A model generated the notes under the pieces. It made no database searches. It saw only the letters and a list, made by a program, of their open reading frames with translations, and was not told the origin of the DNA. A DNA stretch of 64,000 nt from Octopus sinensis (lineage: Eukaryota). A program made the translations under genes and the position numbers. The stretch is from NCBI RefSeq assembly GCF_006345805.1, contig NC_043008.1, positions 33,914,001 to 33,978,000 on the forward strand. Reading direction: 5' to 3'. Positions 22,601 to 36,359 of the stretch are shown here, in pieces (within the stretch, counting starts at the first letter, position 1; the number at the start of each line of letters is the position of its first letter).

Positions 22601-24828
22601 CATGATCAGTGTCAGACGTATCTGTGTGCGCCCCTCTTGCCAAGAGTGATCATGCGGTCCTGAAGTTCGTCATGCACAAAACTTTTTCTACGCCCACGAC
22701 TACTTCGCTGCCGCATAGAGTCTTCTCTGCAATTAATCTTGAAATTCTAACCGAGGCTTTCGCGCTTCTGGACTGGCGATCCCTGATGACGTTGTCCTCA
22801 GTTGACGAACTATGGTCATCCCTCAAAGCATATGTAATCTGGTTGACTGACCAGGCAGTTCCCGTTGGGCTTCCCAAGAAGAAGAAACACAAGCCCTGGG
22901 TGACGAAGAAGGTTAAACGAGAACTTCGACTCAGAGATATTGCTTGGGCTGAATTCAAAAATCTGGATTCGACTGCAGCTTTTGAGGTGTACAAAACTCA
23001 ACGAGACCGAGCCGTGAAAATTGAAAAGGAAGAACACTTCAGATATGAATACAAAATCGCGGTAAACGCCAGTAGCAATCCAAAAACCTTCTTTGCCCAT
23101 GTCCAACGGAATTCCCGCTTGAACAACCAAATTGCAACTTTGGTAGACTCAACAGGCGTATCGATTGAGGACCCTTATCAACAGAGTCAATTATTTGCCG
23201 AGGCTTTTTCAACTATTTTCAAACAAGATGATGGTCGTGAACCCCCTCCATTTGATAGATCGGTACCTCCAATGCTTCGATTGGTCATCACGCGGGACAA
23301 AGTCGAACGCGTTATTCAAGGCCTCGATGTCAACAAGGGTCACGGCCCTGACGGCATACACCCACGGGTTATCAAAGCGTTGGCTCCGGTCATCTGCGAG
23401 CCCTTAACACGTCTATTCAATATGTCATTGGCGACGGGTGTTATACCTGCGGACTGGAGAACAGCGATAATCTGCCCAATTTTCAAGAAAGGGAGCTGCG
23501 AAGACCCGCTTAACTACCGACCAGTTTCCCTTACATCAATAATCAGCAAGATGTTCGAAACCATCCTTAAGAAAAGTATGATGCTCCACCTCCAAAACAC
23601 AGTCTCTATCTCTGATTCCCAACACGGCTTCGTGCCGAAGAGATCATGCTTGACCAACTTACTGATAATGGAAGAATTGGTGACGCGCATCCTCGATGAT
23701 AGTGATGCTGTTGACATCGTTTTATTGGACTTTGCCAAAGCTTTTGACTCAGTAAACCACCGCCTATTACTTGTCAAGCTTCAAGCATATAGTTTCCATC
23801 CGGATATTGTACGATGGGTTGGTGCCTCCCTCTAAGATCACTCCTTCCAAGTCCAAGTTAATGGTTTGCGGTCCGACGTCTCCAGTGCGAGCAGTGGCGT
23901 GCCTCAAGGTTCAGTGCTTGGGCCCTTATTGTTCTTAGTCTTCATAAATGACTTGCCCGACGATCTCACGCAACACACCCTTCTATTTGCCGATGATGTC
24001 AAATTGGTCGCTCCTCGCGGTGATATAGAGGATCTTCGTCGATGCCTCCACCAAATTTGGAGATGGTCTAACGAATGGGACCTGTGTCTGAACGTATCAA
24101 AGTGCTGTTGGCTCTCCTCCTGCAACTCAACTTGATTTCGAGTCTGCTGCTGGAGAGGACCGATCAGGTAAAGGATCTGGGTATCTTGGTGGATTCCTTC
24201 TTTTCGCCTTCGGCCCAATGCGTCCATGCTGCCAACAAAGCACGCGGAGTTCTGTTCTTGATTCAAAGTCATTCGGAATGCTCACAGCAGCCATATTCCT
24301 ACCGCTCTATGTCACGCTGGTGAGACCCATATTGGAGTACGGGATTCAAGCCTCTTCTCCTTATCTCCTCAAAGACATACAGCATCTCGAAAGAGTCCAG
24401 AAGCTGGCTACCCGCATGGTTCTTGGTCTCAAGAATTTGTCTTATGAAGAAAGGCTGAAGACGCTCGACCTTTATTCTCTAGAAAAACGACGACGCCGTG
24501 GTGATCTCATTCTTGCTCACAACATCATAAGCAGAAAGTGTAACCTCTCGAAAGAGCTGTTCTTCACTCCTGCTCCAGAGCGTCGGCTGCGGGGTCATTC
24601 CAAAAAGCTCTATCGGCGACGATTTCTCCGTCCGGTTTGCGGATCCGTGGAATAAGCTGCCAGACGAGATGGTGAAGATGCCGACGACCGCTCGGTTCAA
24701 AGTCTCCCTTGTCCACAAGTGGCCTGAACTCTTTACATGAACACCACTCTGTAGATAACTCCATGTCCCCCTAATTGGCCTTGCTTTTTGCTTTTTGAGC
24801 CAAAAAATTAACTAACTAACTAACTAAC
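22600..24828 (+). mobile_element. 5'-truncated CR1-clade LINE (end of APE plus RT), decayed, with a (TAAC)5 tail
   Basis: SDH end of APE; GPDGIHPRV, NYRPVSLTS, QHGF, LDFAKAFDSV, SGVPQGSVLGPLLF, LFADDVKL, LVRPILEYG, LSYEERL; stop at 23833 and frameshifts near 24.1-24.3 kb. Confidence 0.92.
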
Positions 24829-24829
24829 A

Positions 24830-24990
24830 TATATATATATACGATGAACTTCTTTCAGTTTCTGTCAACGAAATCCACTCACAAAACTTTGGTCGGCTTG
24901 AGGCTATAGTAGATGACACATGTCCAAGTTTCCATGCAGTGGCACTGAACCTAGAACCATGTGTTTGGGAAGCAAGCTTCTTACCACACA
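24830..24990 (-). mobile_element. SINE family A, 5' half
   Basis: cttctttcagtttctgtcaacgaaatccactcacaa...gaagcaagcttcttaccacac. Confidence 0.7.
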
Positions 24991-25169
24991 CCCACATCAT
25001 CATCCTCATCATCATCATTTAACATCCATTGTCCATGCTGGTTTGGCATTGTTTCAATGGCTGGATGCCCTTCCTAATGCCAACCACTCCAATATATATA
25101 TATGTGTGTGTATATATTGACAGGGCAAGGCTGCTAGGTAGTCTGCCGCATGCCGCATATATATATGTT

Positions 25170-25540
25170 GTTGGGAAAGGAAAAGTCATGCCTGCATCGG
25201 CTAGTGAGAACAACAGATACTGTTTGATCTTGGGATGACTTTTTCTCTCCCACCGATATCCAGTGTTTTTAAACAGTACGTCTATAAGAGATTTTTTCTT
25301 GAATAAAACCTGCAGCAACTGGCCTATCAACGGTGTATATATATTAAGTATGATAAATTGATGGTTGTGTGTGTGAATGTTTGAAACTAAACAACACCGT
25401 TTGTTTTAAATTTCAAGAAAGTGAAGTAGCTAATTCTTTCAAAGGCAAATAAATATGATTATTTACTTCTTATGTCAAACAAAATATATTTCTCTACAAA
25501 AGATAAAGAACTGAAATTTCCCAACACTAATAAGTTGTTT
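25170..25540. repeat. Diverged direct repeat of 26100-26420, unclassified
   Basis: ggaaaagtcat...ggctagtgagaaca...attaagtatgataaattgatggttg is in both copies. Confidence 0.7.
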
Positions 25541-26459
25541 TTTTTCTTCTTTTTTAATTTTTTTAAAAATAATTAACGAAATTACTTTAATGCCCGAATT
25601 ACTGAAGGCTACTTAAAATAAAAAAGAGATGAGTAAAAAAAAAGTGAGAGGAGGAACAGGAAAATCTATATTTAAACTGACAAGTCTAATATTAGACAGT
25701 TTTCAGTTGTTGCATTCTTATTGGTGTTGTCTTAATTCAGACTACTGAAATTTATTTGAATAATCGAGTATGTTTGTTAATAACTTTGTCACCTTTTAAA
25801 TAAATTAAGGAGTGTCATATGAAATGCACAAGTGGCTTTTAACATATGATTATTTCATTTGTTTTATATTTTAGTCTTTTAATAATAACTTTGTCCAACT
25901 GTCCAATCCCAGATTCCCTCACATCCTGATGGTGAGAACAACCAAGGAAGTGTGTAACATGGCACCAAACAAATATAAACACAAAGCCTTGTTGACAAGC
26001 ACCAGCTGTTTTAGCTGATAAACTTCAATGCAAGATACACACACACAAACACTCACACACAAACACACATGCATGTACATGTCCCCCACCCCCCGAACGG
26101 TAGTGGAAAAGTCATTCCGGCAGTGGCTAGTGAGAACACTGGATGCTGTTTGAACTTCTTGGAATGATTTTTCATCTCCCTCCAACATAATGTTTTTAAA
26201 CAGCATCTCCATAAGAGATGTCTTTCTTGAATAAAAACTGCAGCAGTTGGTCTATCAGCCATGTATATACATTAAGTATGATAAATTGATGGTTGTATGT
26301 GTGAAGTACTTTCCAGTGCAAATAAATATGATTATTCACTTCAAATGTCAAAAGAAACATATTTCTATACAAAAGACAAAGAACTGAAACAGCAAATACC
26401 CCAACACTAATGAGTTTTTGTTATTTTCTTAATCTTTTTTTTTTTATAAATAGAGAAAT

Positions 26460-26700
26460 GGATCTTTTCAATCTGACCAACAGATTTTTTAATGAATTTT
26501 TTTGTAACTAAACACTTTGAAACTTCAGATACTGGTAGAATGTGTCACACTGAACAGAGTTTACTCTTAATGTTTTTGACAAAATTTTGTATTTTAGAAG
26601 TTATTTTGTGTTAAAGTTGTTGTATTTGGGTAATTTTAACCAATCAATGGCATGTATTCAGCTGAAGAAAATTACTGCTGCTTTTGGCGAACAACAACTT
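26460..26700. repeat. Diverged relative of one arm of the 57.6-58.7 kb foldback element
   Basis: ggatcttttc, aaacttc..atactggtagaatg and aattttaaccaatc occur in the same order. Confidence 0.55.
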
Positions 26701-27253
26701 CCATGTCCACTCCCCTAACAAAACCCTTCTTTAATAACCAGAGATATTTTTATAGCAACATAGGTTTGCTGTATCAAGGTTGATTTGAGGCTAAATAACA
26801 ACAAAATTATTACTGAGACAGACCAACTATGGAGCCTGTATGTGGTTGCATGACCTGCTAGAAAAAATAGCCAAGCTTTTATATATACAGAATAAGATAA
26901 ACCTCTATCCTGTGATAAACACATAAAGTCCACTATGTCTGGGTAGAAAGATGGAATAGTCACAGTTGAGACATCTTTGATCGAATCTGATGGAACAGAT
27001 ATGATCAAAGACGTCCCAACTGTGACCATTACAACATATATAGGACAGCCATTTCAATAAAATTCCCTTTCTCCATCAGATGACAACATATGAGTTTTGG
27101 TCTTCTCATAGGTCTTCACAATAGCAAGAACAATTCTTCTGAAATGCCATATGCCAATAATTCTAAAGCTGAAAAAGAAATGATTTGAGGTGTTGAGAGA
27201 TGTAATTTTATAATTAAAACTAAATTCAAAATTTAAATTTTTGAACATATTAT

Positions 27254-28273
27254 CAGGTTCAGTAAAAAGTAAGCAACATTATGAACCATGAAGAATTCGT
27301 ACTGGATTTTTGCAGAGTTTTGAATTTTTTAAAAACATTCTTTGCAATTGTCTGATAACACAGACATAGACTTGCCTGGACACCCATCTGTCATCGATGA
27401 CGATCAACTAAAGACCGTCATTGAGAAAGATCCACATGAAACCACTCGAGAACTGGCAAATGAACTTCAAGTCAGCCAGAAAACTGCCTGCAACCATTTG
27501 TATGTGATTGGAAAATCAAAAAGTCTTGACAAATGGGTACCACATGATTTGAATGGAAATCAAAAAATGCACAGATATGAAATTTGCTTGCTGCTTCTCT
27601 GTAACCAGACCAATCCATTTCTTGACCAAATTGTAACTTGCAATGAAAATTGGATTCTGTACAATAATAAAAAACGTTCTTTGCAGTAGTTGGACCAACA
27701 TGAAGCACCGAAAATTTCCCAAAGCCAAGCTCTTCAAAAAGAAGATTATGGTAACCGTTTGGTGGTGTACTGTTAGACTCATCCATTTTATCTTCTTTAA
27801 ACCTAGAAAAACCATTACTGCAGAGATATATTGCCATGAAATTGCCAAAATGAACGAAAAACTGACACTCCTCCATCCCAGAAGAAGGCCAATCATCTTT
27901 CATGACAATGCTTAACTGCACATTTCACTAATGACACTCCAGAAGTTGGGAGGACTTGGCTACGAAGTTCTTCCCCACCCAGCTTATTCTCCACACCTTT
28001 CTCCTACTGATTACCACTTTTTCAAGCACCTTGATTGTGTCCTGTGAGTGAAGGAGTTCAAAATTCAAACCAATGCTGAAAATGTATCAAAAGAGTTTAT
28101 TAGCTCCAGAACTCCAGATTTTTATGTTAGTGGAACAAACAAACTTGAAACTTGTCGGCAAAATTATGCTGACTGTAATGGTACTTACTTTGATGAATAA
28201 AATTCCTGCATTGCTGAAATGTATTGTGATGAATTTCATGTTTCAAAACGTTGCTTACTTTTTACTCAGCTCT
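27254..28273 (+). mobile_element. Decayed mariner (Mos1/Hsmar-like D,D34D) transposon with TIRs
   Basis: KWVPHDL, IVTCNENWILY, KIMVTVWW, FHDNA, PHPAYSPHLSPTDYHFF; TIR agtaaaaagtaagcaac / gttgcttactttttact. Confidence 0.88.
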
Positions 28274-28886
28274 TTCATAAGATAAGACCAGTTTTCAATG
28301 CCTCACTAAAATAAGGAAGTTTACAATGGCAATATGTGTGTGTGTGTGTGTTTAATGGCCAGTGGTCAATCATGCACTGAAAGAAAGAATTTGAATTAGA
28401 GACAACAAGTAACTCCTTTCTATCAATCACTTTATCTGCCTTTATATACATCTGTACTCTCTCTCTCTTTCACACTCACACACATACACACACACTCACA
28501 CATGCACAGATGCATACATTTTTTGGAGTGTTTTGTTGTTTTCTGTCAATGTCTCAAAAGGAACTGCTATCTATTTCCCATGGAAATTATGGCTGCTTTG
28601 GGAATAGGTAGTAAAGTGTTTTTAATTGAATGAATGAATGTCACTAATGTAGTTAAAACTATGGTTATTTGTAAAAAAAAAAAATCTATTACATTTTCTA
28701 AGTTATGTTTGTTTATTGAAAGAGAACCTCTGTGTGTGAGGTTGCTGAAAGGTGGGTGATCCCTGTATTGAATGTTACATACCCTCCATAGCAGGAGAGC
28801 CCTATATCTAGTGGATGCTCAGGGCAGTTGCCCTCTACGATCTCCTATAAATCCAGCCCTGCCATTAATTCTGATGTGTACTTTCG

Positions 28887-29331
28887 TCAGCTAGCTAATT
28901 TGAACCAAATAATCAAAGAATTGAGGCTGCAAATTGTCAACAGGAAAGGAGTAATGTTCCAACAAGACGATGCTTGACCACATGTGTCTTTAGTTAGCCA
29001 AACAAACTTACATAAACTTGGATGGGATCTCTTACCCAATCCACCATATTCTCCTGACATTGTGTCATCCACCTACCATTTTTTTGTCTCTACAGAACTC
29101 ATTGCAAGAAAAAGCATTTGACGATTTAGATGAAGTCAGAATGCATCTAGATAACTTTGTATCCAAAACTGGTCAAATTTTATGCTGATGGAATATTTAA
29201 ATTACCTGATAGATGGGCAAAGGTCATTAATAATAATGGAAATTATTTCATTTAATAGAATTTATTGAAAGGTCAATTTTATATCCCCTTTCACATATTA
29301 AAAAATGCTCAGAACTTATGGGACAACCTTA
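28887..29331 (+). mobile_element. 3' half of another decayed mariner
   Basis: QDDA*PH and PNPPYSPDI motifs; ends aacttatgggacaacc followed by TTA. Confidence 0.75.
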
Positions 29332-30302
29332 ATAGAAAATAACTTTTCTTTGTTTTCTTTGAAAATAACTGGTTAAACTTGTGACTACCACATTCTCTCT
29401 GCTCATTAATTTTGATTCGTTACTAGCATAGATGAGGATATCGCCTTCAGTCCCCTTCAGTAAAGTTTCTATACAGTTATGAAATATACCACTTTAATGC
29501 TTAAGACTTAGGTGAAGTCTGTTGACTAAGTACAAACCATTGGTTGTATTGATAGTACAAACACATCTTGCATCCTCAGCTAAAGGTATTTGCCAAACGC
29601 ATGCTTTAAATAGAGAGATGAGAAAACTTTTGCATCTGTCATGCTAGAGAATATAGTATCAATCGATGATATGGGAAAAGAATAGGTGTCAATATGTGCA
29701 GTTAAATGTGCCTTGTAATCAACACACATACGAAGAAACACATTCTTTTTTAATTATCCAGATCATGATTAAGGTACATCTGATTCCAGGGTAATCTGAC
29801 AGAATAATAGGACTCACCACTTCCAACCTCTGAAACACATCTTTGACTTTATTTTCTAAATTAATGAGAACATGTTTTGCTGAACAAATCACGCTAAATC
29901 ACATCCTGGCAGTTAATATGAGCAACAAAGCCTTTGCCGCAAGGTGGTGTTAACCGTTGTTTCAATAGATATAGAATGAATAATATGAAATGCTGGCAGT
30001 TGAGTTGGGTTCAGGCTGCATATAATGAATGCACAACACTCATGAACAATTAACATAATTTTATTTCACCGCATAAATATTTCCATTGTAGGTCCTGAAT
30101 TAAAAAATGCAACAACAAAATTTACACGCTGGTAGAACAATTCAATTCTGTAGTTATTACAAATAGTTGATTAGAAGGCACTGTGATTAAGCGGCTAGGA
30201 TAGGACAAAATATACAGACTGAGTTTAGGTGAGTGAACTACAGCTCTGCAGTCATGAGAATGATTGTTAAAAGCAGAAAAATGTCAGAATGGTTTGCTTA
30301 GC

Positions 30303-30515
30303 TTAAGGCAGTGAGCTGGCAGAAAAGTTAGCACACCAGGCAAAATACTTAGTGGTATTTCACCTGCCTTTATGTTCTGAGTCCAAATTCCGCTCAGGTC
30401 AACTTTGCCTTTCATCATTTTGGGGTTGATAAATTAAGTTGTATACTGGGATCAATTTAATCAACTGGCCCCCTCCCCCAAAATTTCAGGCCTTGTGCCT
30501 AGAGTAGCAAAGAAT
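30303..30515 (+). mobile_element. SINE family B
   Basis: ggcagtgagctggcagaaaagttagc...caactttgcctttcatc...ggccttgtgcctagagtag. Confidence 0.75.
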
Positions 30516-30812
30516 ATTGTTTGCTTAGCTTAGGGCAGCCACTAGCTGAAAGTTCGGTGCTCAAAACGTGTCTGTATATAAGCTTTGTAAAAGCGATGTT
30601 CTAGCAGCTTCTAGAAAGATATGTCACATGATGTCTTGTTGCTGATTGTTCCATAACTTGGCTGATCACATGAAAAAGCTGTTGCTAAGCTGGGAGTTTA
30701 ACTTGGCAATTTGGTCATTTGGTTTCAAATCTTGCTACACATTTAACCTCTGTTAAAGTTTTTGTTTTAACTTAAAACAAAATGAGCTGTCCTTAATAAC
30801 ATCTTTTCCAAT

Positions 30813-31115
30813 CAGTTTGTTCCTTCTCGAGCCATTCCTGACTCATAATGGCCGGTTTCCCAGTTTCCTTGTCATATAGGTTCCCCACCTGAATGGGACG
30901 CCGATCCGTCGCAGGCAAGCTGCAAGACACAGGAGGAAAGAGTGAGAGAAAGTTGTGGCGAAAGTGTCAGCAGAAGTTCGCCATTACTTTCTGCCGGAGC
31001 CGCATGGAGCTTAGGTGTTTTGCTCATAAACACACATATCACCCGGTCTGAGATTCGAACCTGCTATCCTTCAACCGTGAGTTCACTGCTGTAACCACTA
31101 GGCCATGTGCCTCCA
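30813..31115. mobile_element. Unclassified SINE-like insertion with a tRNA-like segment
   Basis: GC-richer block that interrupts the Gypsy between protease and RT; gattcgaacc...aaccactaggcc is a reverse tRNA B/A-box-like sequence. Confidence 0.45.
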
Positions 31116-32260
31116 CTCTCCAAGCAGTCCAAAAGTGTAAGTGCTATCTACTACAATAAAGCAACAAGCTTCCTCTGTACCAATGAGTTCAAATTTTACA
31201 AGGATTGATCCAACCCCCTTTAGATCTGAACCAACAAAAGTGGTTAAGTGTTTATAACATGATTTGACTGAAATGTTAAATTGTGAAGTGAATGAAAATG
31301 GAACTATCGAACAAACTACTCCAGTATCCACCCTCATATTGTCACCGTTCATGGCTGGATGACTTGATGAGTTGGTGAATAATGATACCAATCACGTGAA
31401 ACTATGGTGGTTCACTCGTGATATCTAATCACGTATCTGGTGATTCAGTTTTGAATGATTACCAAAATACCAATGTCTCTGTCATTTACAAAAATCAAGG
31501 TTATCTACCTGCTCACATTTAGCATTTGATTAAAACCAACTTTAAAACCAGCCTTACTTGGAAACCCATTTACGTTATACACGTTACACCCAAATTTAGA
31601 TTGGCAAAATCTTGCAAAACGCCCTACTTTCCGACATTTATGACATCCTTTCCCATATGCTGGATATTCATGCACTTTATGTCTCCCCCAGACAATTCCG
31701 ATATTTCACTATACTAACGATATTACGACTGCTGCTGCTAGCAGTCTTTTTGTTAACATTAAAGTTTGTTGTTGTTACTGATGTAAGCTGTCAATTGCTT
31801 GCAAATAGTGTTTCTGATTCTATTGTGGATGTAAGAGTTGCTATTTTAGTATATTTAATTTTAGAATGATGTCGAAATTGATCTAAATATTTCAGCTTTA
31901 CCTCTGCTCATGATAAGCCAACAATAAAAATGAGTTTCATGAATTCCTCGTCTGGGTTTTCTCTCATCCTATTCAGATGGTAGAAGGAGACTTGAGAATT
32001 AATCCTAAGTAGAAAGTCATTGATTTACTTACTCTTGCAGTTTGAGTCTGACCACAATTAACAATCTCTCCTTCAGCATGATTAATTGTAATGCATTCAT
32101 TTGCTAGTATGTAGCATCTTGAAGTCATATCGGGAAAAGAACGTCTTTTAGCTTCATTATAGTTTGAATGAAACATTAGCTTTTTTGAACATTTTCAATG
32201 TTATCAACAAACGTTTTATGTATATATCTATAAACCCAAGCATGTTTGTTGGTTTGGATT

Positions 32261-32316
<56 letters not shown>

Positions 32317-32910
32317 AAAAGAGGGAGAGAGTGAGAATAATGCAAATGTGCGTATTTTCTTTCTCTCTCTGACATCAACACTAATTCAGCCAGTTTTGAG
32401 TCCTGCACATGCCTTTATGGAGGTAATCACAAGTGTATAACAGTTACTCAAACATGTATAAAGTAGATTATCGCTCAAGAGACATTTAGAATTTCATAAC
32501 TGGTTTGGAATGTTGTAAAGAAGATGGTAGATAAAATTGTTACTAGTACTTGGCTTATTTCAGTTCTTGGACCAGGTCATGTTCTTAGCGAAACACTTCA
32601 GTTGGCAAAAATGAGTAATCTTGCAACAGACCAATGTGTCATCTAGGGAAAAAATATGTCCCAGATTCCAGGAAACTGGCATTGTGAACTTGTGGCTAGA
32701 GTGGATGCTGAATTTAGTATCTTTGGGCCATGGGAACATTTTGAACTTGTCCCTTAAGTTTCAAACATAATGTAGGAAAAGGCAATGTTGGTTCCATGTT
32801 CCATCAATGAATTTGAAAGAGTATGTGTGTTGTTTGAATCTGCTCTTAAATGTCTATTGCAGATGAGAAAGCAAGATACTTAACCTGAATCCGGAAAACC
32901 TTAAAGAATT

Positions 32911-33399
32911 TGCAGTGGTCTATGTAGCTAAATAGTTGAATGATCTCCCTTGCAGAGATGTTTCTAGAAGCATCTATGTCATGAGACGTGATTCATAATC
33001 ATTCAAGAAGCTTAGCGTTTCTCTTGGAAGTTTCTAGAATGTCTAGTGTTCCATTAAGAAAAACAGCTTGCAAACCATGCTCTTTGGTTCTTAGTCGATT
33101 AGACTAAGAGCCATTCACATCATTGCCATGTCTATCTATTTCTCTATGCCATTTGACAGAAAAGCATCACTTAGCTGTTATTTCTACATTTTCTATCTCT
33201 GAACTTTCTTGCAGAGATTACTTATTCAATTAGATTCTACATTTTGATTATGTATCATCATCGACCAGTAAATAAAATATACTTTTATGTAGTAAATATA
33301 TAGTTCTTGAATTTATTCTTCGTCTCTATATGAACTCATGTAATAATATATACATGCAGCTATATCACTACCTGGTACTGAATATATATTTCCACTACA
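32911..33399 (+). repeat. 5' LTR
   Basis: tgcagtggtc...ttccactaca; homologous to 36360-36894. Confidence 0.9.
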
Positions 33400-33404
33400 T
33401 AAAT

Positions 33405-33422
33405 TGGTGACCCCAACGTATC
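33405..33422 (+). promoter_or_regulatory. Primer-binding site, tRNA-Trp-like
   Basis: TGGTGACCCCaACGT, compared with TGGTGACCCCGACGT, the complement of the tRNA-Trp 3' end. Confidence 0.75.
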
Positions 33423-36359
33423 ATTATAAGTTTGGTTCTGCAGCTAGGAAATGTATTTCACTTTGTACATTTAAAACACAGGAAAACTAAAAAGCTGAAC
33501 TCCAAGTGTGACTGCAGTTCCTGGTACATTTTCTCCTAGTCACGCATTTCTCATACTAAATTTCGAGTCTAAGAAAGAATTTCTAATCGATTCTGGAGTG
33601 TCCTGCAGTATATGGCCGTCTCAATTTGTTAATGAAAATCTTTTCACTTCTGACATATCTCTTCAAGCAGACAACAGCTCTCCTGTTAAAACTTTCGGTG
33701 AGATTTCATTCACACTAGACTTGAATCTCAGATGAAGTTTCCAGTGGGTTTTCATCATTGCTGACCTTTTTCATCCAATTTTAGGAGCTGATTTTCTCCA
33801 CCCAGTTTTCATTATTAGAGGATGTCAAAAAAAAAAAAAAAAAGAAAGGAAAAGAGACTTATTGATAGCAGTACCCAGTTATGCACTTTAGGAATATATT
33901 TCAATTCCACTTCTATCAGCCCACTATTTTTTATTGCAGATCGACCAAATATCAAACTTTGTTTCAATCCTTTCCTGAATTAACAAATTTAACTTCCAAT
34001 CTCAATGCTTCAACACATACAACTACTCATCATATAACCACCAATGGATCTCCCGTTTTCTCGCACCTTAGATGTTTACCACCTGAAAAACTCAAAGCTG
34101 CTAAAGCAGAGTTCAGCCACATGCTCCAGCTTGGTATAATTTGTCCTTCAAAGAGTAACTGGTCATCACCACTCCATTTAGTGAAAAAGAAATCTGGTGA
34201 TTTTAGATCTACTGGTCACTATAGACGACTCAACGCTATTACCATTCCAGATAGGTATCCTATAACACGTTTTCAAGATTTTGCATCTTCTCTGCATGGT
34301 TGTTCTATTTTCTCAAAAATAGATTTGATATGAACATACCATCAGATTCCTGTAATCCCAAATGATATTCCGAAAATGGCTATTGCAACTCTATTTGGGT
34401 CATTTGAACTTCTTACCATGTTCTTTGGGTTAAGGAAAGCCGCCAGTACTTTTCTGCGTTTCATTGATGAAGTAATATGTGAATTAGATTTTGTCTGCGC
34501 CTATATTGACGATCTTCTCATCGATAGTTCTTCCAAGAAAGAACATGAGATTCATTTGAAGCAACTTTTTGAACGGTTTTCTCAATAAAAAATTTGTATC
34601 AACACTACCAAATGTATTTTCAGTGTGCCTTCTCTCACTTTCCTTGGACACACCATTGATAAGGATGGAATAGGGCCTTTGCCAGAAAAGGTGGAGGCAA
34701 TCGTAAAAATTCCAGTTCCTGTTTCATTAAGACAGCTCAAACAATTTCTTGGATTAGCTAATTTCTATCGACATTTTATACTTCGTTGTGCTGAAATTTT
34801 TTACCCTCTCAGCAATTTACAGCAACAGCACAAGAAGAGAACAGAAAAGATCACTTTGACCCCTGCTAAAATACAAGCTTTCGATGATGCTAAACAGAAA
34901 CTCTCTCGCATCTCCAAGTTAGCTTGCCCCATTCCTGATGCTGAAATTTCTCTTGTAGTTGACACATGAGAAATTGGCATCAGCGCAGTCATTCAACAAC
35001 TTCACCATGGCGAATGTCAACCTCTGGCGATTTTCTCTAAGCAGTTAAAACCAGATGAAACTAAATATAACGCATTCAGTCGTGAACTGTTAGCTATTTA
35101 CCTCTCAGTTAAGCATTTCCAACACATTTATGGACCATAAGCCGTTATCATTCACTTTACACTGAAAGCCAGATAAGTTGTCTCCCAAAGACATTCTGCA
35201 TTTGGATTACATTTCACGATTCATGAGTGATATATGATACATTCCAGTTTCTGAGAACATTGTTGCAGATTCTTTATCCTGTTTACCTGTAAACACGTTA
35301 TTTTCAACTGCAGAAATTAACTTGGATGAAATGTCAGAAGGTCAACCAGCCGTTGATTTGAATAATATATACAACAACCAGAACTAATTCCTTTCGACCT
35401 CCAGCATTTCCCAGTTGTGACATCAAACAAACAAATCCTTTATGATTTTTCTTCTGGTAAACCCCACACTTTAGTTCTTCAAAAGCATCTCCGTATCATT
35501 TTTTCAGCGCTACACAATATTTCACATCCTGGTATAACAGCAACATTGAAGCTTATTTCAGCTCATTTCATTTGGCCGAACATACGTCGAGATATAGCTA
35601 ATTGGACTTGGACCTGTGTCGACTGTCAAAGATGCAAGGTACATAAACATATCCATGCACCGTTAGGTACTTCCTCCACTCCAGATGCACGATTCCAGCA
35701 CATGTTGATATAGTAGGGCCTTGGTCTGTGAGTCAGGGCTACATGTTTTTATTAACCTGTATTGATCGTTTTTCCCACTGGCTAGAAGTCATTCAACTCA
35801 CAAACATCTCTTCTCTAACTGTAGCACAAGTTCATGAAAACAGGCAAGATATCGATACTATAAATTTTGTTGAATGCTTGCATGATTATATGTCAAAGTT
35901 ACCACATCTGAACACCAAAAAACAAGACATCAAAACATATTTGCCTAAGGACTATTCTTCCTGGAGTCATGTTTTATTTGCAATGATGCCATTCAACATC
36001 CTTTAACAGCACCATATTCAGGACCCTTTCATGTACTTTCTTGCACAGTTAAATTTTTATCTTAGATCTTAACAGTTGTAAAGTCACTATTTCTGTTGAT
36101 AGACTAAAAACGGCTCACATTGAAAATACTATTTCCAACCCCATTACAGACAACACACACACAGCATTACAAACGCATCCTTTGCACATACCGTCACAAA
36201 TTCTGACTACCAAAAGCGGTAGACAAGTGCACTGGTCCAAGAATTTAACAAACATTTATTATATTTGAACTGTGATATTGTTTCTACAGTTTGACATTTT
36301 ATGATGTATACATTTTTGTTATTTCATTATTGTATAACGTTACCACTGCTTAGGTGGTG

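Larger units (their letters stand above)
29380..32220 (-). mobile_element. Old Gypsy/Ty3 internal region (gag CCHC, protease, RT) interrupted by SINEs
   Basis: Manual translation: CHKCRKVGRFARFC zinc knuckle (~31600), RVDTGVVCSIV protease (31098..31391), LRMCVDYK...AKVFSSLYLKHAF RT (~29.6 kb). Confidence 0.7.

Noticed and set aside
29818-29893. Exon-like open stretch on the minus strand ending in a GTGAGT donor (VICSAKHVLINLENKVKDVFQRLEV)
   Set aside because: It continues into recognisable Gypsy RT motifs (LRMCVDYK), so it is part of the decayed retroelement
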